A DNA stretch of 20,000 bases from Atractiella rhizophila (Eukaryota), in NCBI GenBank assembly GCA_021432655.1, contig MU271192.1:172819-192818 (forward strand), written 5' to 3'. Position numbers and translations under genes: made by a program. Shown in pieces: positions 1 to 11,360 of this stretch. Each line of letters opens with the position of its first letter. Positions within the stretch are counted from its first letter, which is position 1. The notes under the pieces are model-generated. The model was given only the letters and a program-made list of their open reading frames with translations, was not told the DNA's origin and searched no databases.

Positions 1-1
1 T

Positions 2-3000
2 GAGCCTGATGATGAGGACCGCGGTGGTCAGGATGAAGAGCTGGAAGATGCCATGTCAGACTGGGATAGCTTTGCGGGTAGCCACTTGCCCAGAGATATA
101 AGAGCTGGTCGTACGGGAAAAAGGCGCCGGTTATTGGAGTTACTTATTAGTCGAGCAAATAGAGATGGTGAGAACTTCTTGCACCTTGGTTCATTGGTTG
201 AATGGTGTCATGGCAGAGCTTTCTCCAAAGCAGATCTCAGATGTACTCAAAGTTCTGCTTGCCGCTTATAATCTGCCCATGAAAGATGGAGACAGCCGTC
301 GACTTTTGCGAGACTTTGTAGAAGCTGTACTGTCCGATCACACGTCTTCGAAAAGGGAGACGAGCGGAACTCCAGAAGACGAAAGAGCTGCCCGAATCAA
401 GCTATGGGAAATGCTAGAGAAGTGGCTGGACAATACAGTCACCAGAAATAATGAAGCCCTGGCTGGGTGAGATCACTCTCACTGAGAGTAAGGATAATGG
501 CTGATCGGAGAGCCAGCTCCATCGAAGGGCGACTTTCGCTTTTGGCCTGGTCCTTGGTTTTACTTTCCACATCTCCAACGTTTCCGAAGACACCAAAATC
601 GTTGCTCAATTCTATAACTCTTCTCTTCAATTCCTTGATTCTTTATAACGACGACACGGCAATACCCAAACGAACAGCCGTGCAACGAGAGATGAAGAGA
701 CAGCTGAGGCATTTCGAACGCCTTCTGAGACAGGTGAAGCTCTCTTCAGGTTATCGTCTTATATCTGAGAATCTGAGAAATTGACTGTTTTATAGAACGA
801 AACAGTTGTGAATCTGTTGCTAGAGGATACACTTTCCTCCTCCAATATCTCAATTCAGCACGCTCCATTTCTTGGATTTCTGTTAAAACAAAAATCGATC
901 TCTTCTGAGCCCCTCTCGCTGGCGCAGGCTTCAGCCGCCATCAACTTCCTCACCACACATATTTTCGGTTCCAAATTGGTTCTCAACCCTGCAACATATC
1001 TTACGCTCTTTGATGGCATTTTCAGCCTGAAAACCAAGTCACTGATCCAATTTGAGGCACACAAAGATATTTTCCCAACGATTGAAAAGGCACTTCTTCG
1101 ATCTCCCGAGATTGTCCTCCCTATCTGTTTCGATTTTTTTAGTCGTCTCATCACGCTTGGCCGAGGCCCAGAGGACATTGGAGATATTGAAGCTTGCCGA
1201 CTCAAATTGGCACCGAGATTATTGGAGTGCTCAAAGTCTGCCAATCCAGTTGTCCGAACAAGTGTCATCAAACTTTACAACATATTTTTCGATGCAGCAT
1301 ATGGCCGGAACTCTTATCCCAATGCCTTCGATGGGATTACTGTCATCCTCAAGACGGGCAAGACCGCTTCGCCTGAACATCGTCAAACTCTTCTCGAGAT
1401 ACTCAACACCACCTCGCCGATTCGAAAAGAAGAACAGGACGTTGCTTTAAACCATTCTGCCATCCTTGTGGACACAGCAGTCACGGTATTGGCTAGAGAA
1501 AGTAACGATTTCTGCCTTAGGAGCTTAGCTGCAATTTTAGGCCATCACCTGAGTGTTCTTCTCGATTCTCGTCAAGAAAAGTGCCACTGGAAGCTGTCTC
1601 AAGATCAAGTTGCAGTCCTCGCAAAAGTTCTCAAGGAGTCGAAAAAGCATATTTGGAAAGGGATCTTGATCGCTTTGCTCGGTCGCAATGCCATGAATTC
1701 GAGTCGAATTAGAGATTCCCAAAATGTCAGTCTATCCAGCCACAAAGTCGATCTCTTGAAGGATCTCCTGCCAATCATGGACACAACTCTGAAGCCAGTT
1801 TATCAAGATGGCTTCTTGATGGCGCGAGATAACTGGCCAGACATTTTTATAGTCCTTTTCATCCTCCTTTCGGTATCCAACGCTCCCGAGCTGTCGAAGA
1901 TTCCAGACGTGTCCTCCAGATTTGTGAAACCACCACTCTCCCCGGCTTCTCTCTTGTCGATACAACCGAAACCTAGCATCTTGTTGAATGAGAGAGTTTG
2001 GAAAAAGGTTTTGGGAGAACAATCTGAAGAAGAAATGTTCTTGTCGACTTTGGCAAAGGCGATCTTTCTCGCGGACCCAAAAGCATTGGAGAGAGAGAAA
2101 GTCCGGTCCGTATGTGTTTCTGCTCAGAACAATGATTGAAGAGAACTCCATAGACCAACAATCGGAATGCCCCTGGTACACTTGGCCTTGCTTAGTCCTC
2201 ACTATGCCAACCGCCAAATGGCGCTCGATTTAATATCACAAATCATTCTACAGAACCCTCGACTAGGGAATTCAATTCTGGGTGATGGTTTACGAGAATG
2301 GCTTCTACAAGTGCGTGTCAGAATGCTGCTTAGCGTATCTCTAATCCATCTATCTGTGTATTCGCAGTATGAATCGAGCCCCGTGGCTTTCCTATCACTG
2401 AAAGAGGACGATGACTTACCGGTGCTTGGTCCAAGGTTGAACTCCATCCTTAGTAGAATTTCACAGTTGTCACCTAGTGTACAATCTTCTGAAAAGGAGG
2501 AGTTACTGTTGCGATGGATCATAGTTGCTAACCACCCTTTGATCGGTGAGTGTGGGGGGATCGAGAGGACACACGCTGAACTATAGGGGAGGTGGAAAAT
2601 CGAGCAGTCCTTGGATTGAAATGCTCCAAACAGCCGGATTATCTCCTAGCGCCGCAATACAACGCAATATTGATCGACTTCTAGAAATCCTTTGGTCAAC
2701 GGAACGAGAATTCGGGGTAACCTCTTTGATCACCTCTTGATCCATTGCTCATGTGTAGTAGAAACAAAGTCAGTGGTTCAGATCAGCTGTATTCCGAGCG
2801 GCGGGCTTTCTCGCCTTGGCCGCTCCAGAAGTCGCAGTGCCAAAATTCGTCGAAACAGTCATTTCCGATCTCACTCCTGATAAGTACAGATTTGCAGGAA
2901 GTGAGGAGTGCGGCATATGGTTAACACCGGATGGGACGACTTATGTCGATGTGCTTTCGTCAAAACAAACCAACAGCAGCACTACAAAAGACCAGAAACA

Positions 3001-6000
3001 AAAAGCTCTTGAAGAGTGGGAAGCGGAAATTCGACGATCAGTCGCTCAAAAGAAACCTCAAAGCACCACGGCTGTCTCTCTTTCAAAGGCTGACCAAGCA
3101 CTGGTGAAGGCTCAACTAGTGAAAGAATCACAAGTACGAGAACGTGTTGACAACGCTCTTCGCACTGTCCTACGTGCATTTTCGGTCATCGATGCTTGCG
3201 TCGAGACCAATCCGGAGAGCCTGAAGCCCACATATCGGATCGCTTGTGCAGCTTTTGTTGGGCATCTTTCAGTTGGAAATTTCCCGATTGATCGCAAACC
3301 AAGCATTCTCTACGTTTCTTGTAAGTAAACCTGTATATTCAGCCGATACTAAGCTGTTGTGTAGCACATATCTACCGTATGCTCTTCAAAACTAGAGTCT
3401 TTCAGAACATTGCTAGCTTTAGCCATCCTACGCTGTTTTGGAACATCAATCCTCCCATCAGATTATCTTGCGGAAGATCTGGGCTGTAAGTCACTATTGC
3501 AGTACAACACAAAGCCCCCGAAATGATTGCCGAGGATAGCGCTCGTTACAAGAGTTTTTATACCGATTGAGATTTCTCGCGGAAAGACAGGCTTTTGACG
3601 TCGGAACATTCTCTGTTGCCTTGCAATTGGTTCAGAGAGTCATCACAGAAGGTGGCCAAGGCCTGGGTCGAGAAGCTACAGATGAAGCGTACGAACAAAT
3701 CACGTTGGCTGTGGATTTTATTTCTTTTCATGGCCGTTCTTGTAAGTGGTCAACTTTGAAGCGTTCGCATGCTCAGTTTCGTTTCCAGGCAGCAATTCTG
3801 CTTTTCCTCGAGTAGTGATCATCCAAACTCTCATAAAGGTTCTCTCCACATATCCTCAGCTGGTCAGAACAGCAAACGCAGCGTTAGAGGACGTAGCCAG
3901 CGCTTCTAAAGAGAATGCCTCAAATGAGGAAATTGAGGTATTATTACAGTCTTCAGCTACTGATCACGTGCAAGTCCGTCAAGCATGTGCCCAGGCTCTT
4001 TTAGTGAGGGCTCTATTGCGTATCTCAGACAGTGCTGATAGTCGCTAGGCCTTGGACTTAACAGATTTGACATGGTCACCTGAGCTTTGGATCTTGTGTC
4101 ACGATTCGGATAGCAAGACTAAGCAGGCAGCAACCGAAGTGTGGGAAGAAAATGGTTTAGATGTGCCTGCTGAAGAAGTCCTTGTCCTCGTTAAATATCT
4201 GGGTGCGTCATTTTGATGATGCTCTATTCCCTAACACGAACCTTAGAATCCACGTCCGCTGTTGTTCGAGATTCTGCTGCACACAGTATCGCTACAGCCG
4301 TCACATTGTACCCAGAGCAAGTAGACGACGTTCTAACAGCTTTGGTGGGCTTGTACCAAGTGAAAGTACGTGGCTTTTTTTGACTTTGTTAACGCTCAAG
4401 GCGATACAAGAACAAACCACTTGGAATCGAATACGACAAGTAGGCATGACATCAGCTGGATATGTTGTAGGCTGAACGGTGCTTCAGGTTCGGGATGGTG
4501 ATCGAAGCTTCTTTGGATCGTCAAGACCCATGGAAAGAAAGGCGTGCGATCGCTTTGAGCTTGGGGCTTCTTGCTTCGTCATACACAACATCCAATGTGC
4601 GCCAGGTCTTTTCTCTATTGCTTAAAGGCGATGGTTTGGGGGATCGAAACGAAGAAGTGCGAAAAGAGATGCTAACCGTGGGTTTTTAATTCTGACCTGA
4701 GTGAGTTGCCTTCTCACCGCTCTCCTTCAGGCGGCAAGTGCCATCATCGATGCTCATGGAAAGGCACAACTGCAAGAGTTGATCGCAACCTTCGAGGCTC
4801 ACCTTCAAGATGACAAAAAAAGTTCAGCAACATCGGATCATGTCACTGAAGGGGTTGTGATCCTCTTTGGGCGACTCGCGAGGCATCTAGAAGCTGGGGA
4901 TCCGCGCGTGGCTATGGTGACTGCGAGGTTGTTGGAGGCTCTGAGGACCCCGTCTGAGATCGTTCAAAACGCTGTATCAGCTTGCCTACCTCCTCTTGTT
5001 CCCGACCGGAATGACGAATCCACCAACCTGGTCGAAACTCTGCTGCGGCGTTGTCTTTCAGACGACACCTATGCAGAAAGGAGAGGAGCAGCGTACGGTC
5101 TCGCAGGAGCCATCAAAGGTAAGCAAAACACATATAGGGCAGCACTGTTCTGAATATTCGTCTTTTAGGTCGCGGGGTGTCTACAATAAAAGAACTGGAC
5201 CTAATTTCAAGGCTTAAAGTGGCTGCAGAAGACAAGAAGACGTCGACGAGGAGACAAGGCGCTATCTTTGCCTTCGAAATCATGTCGGAGGCTTTGGGCC
5301 GTTTGTTCGAACCCTATATTATCGAAATCATTCCGACTCTCCTTACATGCCTAGGCGACGCCGCGAAGGATGTTCAGGAAGCAACACAAGCGGCTGCGAA
5401 CATTGTGATGAGAGGTCTCAGTGGCCACGGAGTCAAACTCATCCTGCCTTCACTCCTAGATGCTTTGGACGAGAAACAATGGCGACCAAAGAAGGGTGCT
5501 ATTGACCTCATGGGGTCGATGGCCAATTTGGCACCACGTCAGCTAGCCGAGTCTCTCCCAACGATCATTCCTAAGTTGACGGCTGTTTTGACCGACACTC
5601 ACAAAGCGGTAAAGGAAGCTGCTAACAAGAGTTTGAAAAGGCTCGGTGATGTCTGTCGTCGATATTGACTACTAGCCCTTGTACTGACATATCCTTTAGG
5701 TTATCACCAGTCCTGAAATCCGCAACATGCAAAACATTCTACTCGATGCCCTTGTGGACCCTACAAAGAAAACCGCTAAAGCGTTAGAAACATTATTAAC
5801 GACGACATTTGTTCACTATATTGATGGCCCCGCTCTGGCACTTGTGAGTTTTTATCTGACTGATAGTTCAAGATTTATTTAACCCTCATTAGGTTATTCC
5901 CATCCTCGACAGGGGATTGAAAGAGAGGTCCTCTGAAATCAAGCGCAAATCATCTCAGATAGTGGGACAGATTGCGTCTCTCACAGAAGCCGATGATATT

Positions 6001-9000
6001 GCTGCCTATCTGAATGAACTTGTCCCTCGAGTGAGGGAGGTCCTTGTGGACCCAGTACCAGGTTCATCTTCTATTCCTTATACGTCTACCTATCCTAATC
6101 TCTGCGACAGAGGCGCGTGCTACTGCTGCAAAGGCTTTTGGCAGCCTTGTGGAACGTTTGGGAGAAGAAAAATTTCCCGATCTACTGGACTCTCTTCTAG
6201 CTGTTTTGAAATCCGATGCCTCGGGTGTAGATCAACAAGGAGCTGCTCAAGGCGTGTCAGAGATTTTGGCTGGATTGGGGTTACATCGCCTCGAAGAAAT
6301 GCTTCCCAGTATTATTGAGAACACCGCTAATAATCGTCCATACGGTAAGGAGGCTTTACTGTAGCACTCTAGCTCACGCTGCGGACAGTGCGGGAAGGTT
6401 ATATGTCACTCTTGGTCTTTCTTCCAGCAACATTTGGTGATCGATTCTCCCCTTACCTTGCTTCCATTATTCCCCCAGTCCTCTCTGGTCTGGCTGACGA
6501 TTCGGAGAACGTACGAGAAGCTAGCATGAGATGTGGAAGGATGATCGTGTCCAGTCACTCAAATAGAGCTGTTGAGCTTCTACTTCCGGAGTTGGAGAAC
6601 CAGCTTTTCAGCGAGAACTGGCGCATACGGCACAGGTAAAGCAACCTTACAGCACACCTCTTCAGAGCTAAGAGTACGATGGCAGCTCCGTCCAGCTGTT
6701 AGGAGACCTATTATTCCGGCTCTCGGGCATCAGCGGGAAAGCAGAGATGGATACCGAGGAAGACGTCGAAGACAGCACCGTTGAACCATCCAAGAAAGCT
6801 TTGTTGGATGCACTTGGGAAGGAACGGAGAGACAAAGTGCTTGCCTCACTTTTCATCGTTCGACAGGATTCTGTTGGTGTCATCCGGCAGGCGGCAATCC
6901 ATGTTTGGAAAGCTTTGGTGTCGAACACGCCTCGCACTATTCGGGATATTTTACGCATACTCAGTGCGTCTACCCTTTCAGATGGCCGTGAACCCCCTCA
7001 TCGGTTTGTAGTGCAACTTTTAATCCGTTCATTGGCAAATTCCGGACGTGAACAGCGTCAGGTGCGTCCGAATCATCTACACTTCTTCATGAGTAGTGCT
7101 CAAAAGCGCAAGAATAGACGGCCGCTCGTTGCATGGGCGAGACCTGCCGAAAGCTAGGAGAGGTAGGCGTCTCTCAAGTGTTATGTGGCCAGAACTCAGT
7201 CAGGCAATGCAGGTGTTGATGAGGGAAGTGATAGCAATATTACAGAAAGCCCTACAATCCGACAGTGCTGCTACCCGTGAAGGTGCCTGCTTGGCCTTAG
7301 CTGAGTTAATGGCCAACGTCATGAAGTCCCAGTTGGAGCCACTTGAGGATGACATTATTGCCTGCATTCGTGGAGGTTCGTGCTTTCGCATCATGACGAC
7401 GGTACTTTCTAATAGTATTTATCAGCTCTCGTGGATGGTGAACCGACTGTCCGAGTTGCAGCAGCCAAAGCTTTTGACCTTGCCCAAGTTCATATCGGAT
7501 CGCGATCTATCGATGAAACCATACCTACACTGCTAGAAGCCTTGAGGCAACCGGGTGGAAACTCAGAGGCTGCTTTAGCAGCTTTAAGGGAGGTTATGGA
7601 AGTTCGAAGCACCGTCATCTTCCCTGTCCTCCTTCCCACCCTTCTTGCGAGACCGATATCCGCTTTCAACGCTCGAGCACTCGCTTCCCTTGTGACCGTC
7701 GCCGGCCCTGCCCTAACGAGAAGGATAAGCGACATTCTTGATGCCCTAAAAGATGAACTCTCAGCATGCGATAACGAAGAAACGAAAAGGGAATTAAATG
7801 ATGCCTTATCAGCAGTGCTATCTTCGGTTCAGGAACGAGATGCTCTGTATGGCCTCATGATGGTGTGTTTCATTCGTTATTTTGCTATTCACTGATCACG
7901 AAAGCAGCATCTTCTTGGGCTGGCGAAATCTAACCGACCAGAACAGCGGGTCATTGGGTGCCAGCTCTTCAAACAGTTCTGCCAGGTTGCCAGTATGCGG
8001 TTCAGCCAATATCGAGTGGACTGGATTCGGCAGCTGGTGTCCTTGTTTGGTGATGCGGTAGCTACCGTCGTGGAAGAGGCGTGGAATGCATTGGATGAGC
8101 TCGTGAAGCGGATTCCAAAAGAGGAGATGAACGAGCTAGTGTCCCCTTTGCGCAGAACGATAGAGGGGACTGGCACACCTGGAGTTGACCTGCCTGGTTT
8201 CTGTCGACCAAATGGCCTAAAACCTGTTTTGCGTGGGTCACCTATTACGTTCAAGAAACGTCACCTTACTTGTCCACAGCGATTTTGCTTCAAGCTCTGC
8301 TGACAGGCACACCCGAACAACGAGAGCAAGCCGCTTTGGGGTTAGGTGATGTTGTTGAACGCACTTCCGAAGGAGCCATAAAGGTTCGGAACATTGGAAC
8401 TGCTTGAGGTAACTGACATGTAAGCTCGTAGGCGTTCGTAGTTCAGTTAACTGGACCGCTGATACGTATCATCGGAGATCGTTTTCCGGCGCCTGTCAAA
8501 ACGGCCATCTTGAACACTTTAACTTCTCTACTTCAACGAGTTCCTGCCTTTGTTCGGCCATTTTTCCCGCAGCTACAAAGGACATTTTTGAAGAACTTGT
8601 CGGATCCTGCCAGTGCAGCAGTGCGAAGCGCATCCAGCCGAGCCTTGGGGGTACTCATGCGTCTCGGCACTCCCAATGCGGTCGTAACTGAGCTGACAGC
8701 GAGTGCGAGAGGAGCTGAAGAAGGGGAAGAAGACATTGGGAATAGTCTGATGAACGGACTGGCAGAAGTGGTGAAAAATGGCGGAGAGAAGATGAACGAG
8801 CAGAATTGGGAGGCTGTAATGGGCCTATTAGATGACACCTTTACCCAGCCGCAGTCAGGTAGGGAGTCTTCTGTCAAAACGTCTACCAGAAGCTGATGAA
8901 ATGTCGTAGATGGGAGAGCAGCGGCTGCAGCACGACTTTTCGCTTCTGTGGCGGCTCATAAGCCAGACTCCCTGGTGCAGTTGCTTCAGTAAGTGACTGC

Positions 9001-9280
9001 TTTCAACAGGATTGATTCTGAGGCTGCAAGCAGGGAGCATATCCTCCTCCCGAATCCACCGACCCCCATCGCCTGTCTTTCAATTCAAGAGACGGTGGAA
9101 ACTGCGCCGAAGGCCTTCTACGACTTAAACCTGAGTTCAGACATAGTGGCGACAGTTGTAAGAAACGGGACAGGCAACCAACCTCACGTTATTTCAACCC
9201 CGACAAAAGGAACCATCAGGCTCATGCGAGATACACCTCCATGGGCAGACGACAATGATGTATTAGACGCACTTAACTAG
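2..9280 (+). CDS. GCN1: Translational activator GCN1 (HEAT-repeat, GCN2-activating ribosome-collision sensor); probably 5'-partial; about 2600 aa after correcting two 1-nt insertions
   Basis: Spliced translation gives hallmark GCN1 segments: [168 protein letters not shown]. Frame-consistent introns: 168-216, 467-516, 734-795, 2106-2153, 2311-2367, 2546-2591, 2717-2761, 3321-3364, 3486-3539, 3742-3788, 4004-4048, 4203-4246, 4366-4410, 4440-4487, 4678-4730, 5119-5168, 5651-5699, 5844-5892, 6062-6110, 6345-6388, 6636-6685, 6964-7011, 7062-7117, 7163-7212, 7376-7425, 7863-7907, 8233-8279, 8384-8431, 8859-8909, 8989-9033. The frame is open from position 2, so the true ATG may lie upstream of ATG 53. 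Stop TAG at 9278-9280. Confidence 0.96.
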
Positions 9281-9323
9281 GCACAAAAATACATTTCATG
9301 TATGACAGGGATCAGGAAAATGG

Positions 9324-11360
9324 TCATGAAATGCCCTCAACTTCCCGTTGATGTACCCACGCATCATCTCTCGTTACGACGTGTAACGTCAGATCTCTTT
9401 TAGGATTTCGATCAAGTTTATGCCTTGGTCGACTCCCCCTTTGGTTGAGAAACCAGTGAACAAAATTGCTGCCCTTGAGCTTTCGAGCAGCCACGTGACA
9501 TTCCTCATCAGAGCGGAAGGTGATCATTGCTTGTGTAAAATTGAAAGCAAGACTTGTATGCCTGACCTTTGCGATAAGTGATCGAATTTTTGTTTCCCTA
9601 AAAATAAAATCCAGCAGATCGCTTGGTTTTGCCGAGTGCTGACCCCAGTTTACAGGGTAAACGAGTAGCTTGAAAGTGGATTGACACCATAGGTCGGTGG
9701 CCATGAGATCATGATCCAGATCTTGGTCTTTCAGGGAATCTATTGCCCAATGATCTATACAGCCAAATAGAATAGGGAAACCGGCGTACTGTACTTGTTC
9801 TTGTAGTTTGCACGCTCAGTGTTTGGGACGCGCTGAGGTTTTAGTTCTTTCAGATCATCACCTTCCATCTTCGGCAACACGTTGGAATCTCTGTCTAAGC
9901 GAACGCGGTTCAGCGTCGGGAGGAAACAAGATGAGATGCTGCGTACTCCAATGATTCCAATCGTATGCTTCTCCATTTGGGAGAATCTCGACGCCGTCCA
10001 GATGCCAATAGCCTCTCTTTAGTTGTTTTATACCTAGGATGGTTTTCTGGCGGATAAGGGCATCACAAACATCTCTTGTTGTCCTCGCGTTTCCGCACCT
10101 CAACAGAACCAGCGGTTGCCTCGGATGGCGACGCCAAAAGCAGGGACATAACTGTTGGACACTGAAGGTGGTGAGGCCAGATCGCGCGGAGGTCGTGTGG
10201 GTGTCCAGCGGCGCGAAGACAAAGTCACAAATGTTCTTTGGCGGGAACACTGGGTCAGAGAGAAGCATGAGAATATGCATTTGTGCATCCTGCTCCACCG
10301 GAGTTGAAGGAGGTATGCGTAGCGGAACGAGATTACCGCTGTTGGTCGAAATGGAGAGTTAGAGAGCAAAGTTGCGTGAGGAATAAAGCTCACAATCCAT
10401 CTTGATCCATTTCTTCTATTTCTTCGTCATTGACTGTTGAGTCTAAATATTGTGGAGTTTCTGGCTTCAGTTCATCAATCTTTTCGTCTTCGTCCAAGAC
10501 ATCCATGGCGGAGAGGCGACTTTGGTTGGCCGTTGAGACGCCTGCAGCCTCCTGAGAAGAGTAAACATAGAACAGATAATATTGACGAGCCTTGGCGCGG
10601 GGCTGCCAACAGGTTTTCATCCTCATCTGCTTCGTTCTCGCTATACAAGTCCATCGCTCGTTGACGATGGCGATGAAGTACAGGAGGTTCTATTGACTGT
10701 CAGAGAGTCGAGAATCATCGTTGTGACGCAGAAACGCACCGCAATGGCGGACAACCGCTTCCACCTCATTTTCGTCCTCCGTCAAGAAATCATCCCAGTT
10801 GATCTGTTCCTTCTGGCTCTCGATATATGCGTCCCTCTCCGCAACATTCGCAAATCCCAGTAGGGCAAAGTCTCGAACGACCGTGTCGACAGGATGTTGA
10901 TATTCGAAGAGTTTTTTCCTGGTGATCACATCGGGGTTGGGATAACGGAATGGCTCCTCCTCTTCCTCTTCAGAACTCTCTACTACCCTCTTGTTTCTAT
11001 TGCGAGCCCTTTTCTCTTTCCCTTTCCTTTTCGCCTTCCTTTTACTTTTGCTGTTAGTCTTGGATCCAGATCCACGATCCTCCTCCTCCTCAAATGAACT
11101 CTGGGCAGAGGAGCTCTGCCTGTACTCCTCGTCGCTTCCCAGCTCATCCTCCTCCTCTTCATCATCAGACGTCACAGATCTGCTTCGATTTATGATAGCG
11201 TTAGCCTGTTCGTTGGTAGCTTGTTTTGCTAATTGTAATAGGCGGTTTGGTTTCCGTCGTTTAGGAGGAGGCTGAGGATCAGTTGGAGGTGTGCTCCTTC
11301 GCCTATAAGCACGCTTTTAGCATCTGCAATCAAGACACTGGATTCAAGCCTGAAGGTCAT
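9324..11360 (-). CDS. Hypothetical nuclear protein, about 577 aa, with Glu/Asp- and Lys/Arg-rich disordered N-terminal half and C-terminal RRM-like domain
   Basis: Minus-strand ORFs join in frame via introns 10690-10739 (GT-AG), 10542-10590 (GC-AG), 10339-10393, 9895-9946 and 9740-9789. The start is tentative: ATG at 11360 with GC-AG intron 11303-11349, or ATG at 11323 with one extra A in AAAA. NLS-like PPPKRRK and KSKRKAKRKGKEKRARNRNKR. The C-terminal KLLVYPV...PSDLLDFIF...QAMITFRSDEECHVAARKLKGSNF has an RRM-like pattern (inference). Confidence 0.75.

Noticed and set aside
414..9040. Antisense and alternative-frame ORFs over GCN1 (e.g. 855-1271, 1732-2217, 7889-8254, 8533-8877)
   Set aside because: Shadows of the coding strand with no independent protein features.
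2..9280. GCN1 as a pseudogene, or as many separate small genes
   Set aside because: ORF breaks coincide with frame-consistent short introns. Only two 1-nt homopolymer shifts remain and there are no in-frame exon stops, which fits assembly error better than decay.
9858..9976. Apparent frameshift between ORFs 9858-10298 and 9755-9976
   Set aside because: Fully explained by a 52-nt GTACGC...GCTGAAC...TTAG intron at 9895-9946.
10894..11275. Plus-strand hydrophobic ORFs (10894-11097, 10991-11275) resembling membrane proteins, and the TCC/TTC-rich runs as microsatellites
   Set aside because: They are the reverse complement of Lys/Arg/Glu codons in the minus-strand gene.
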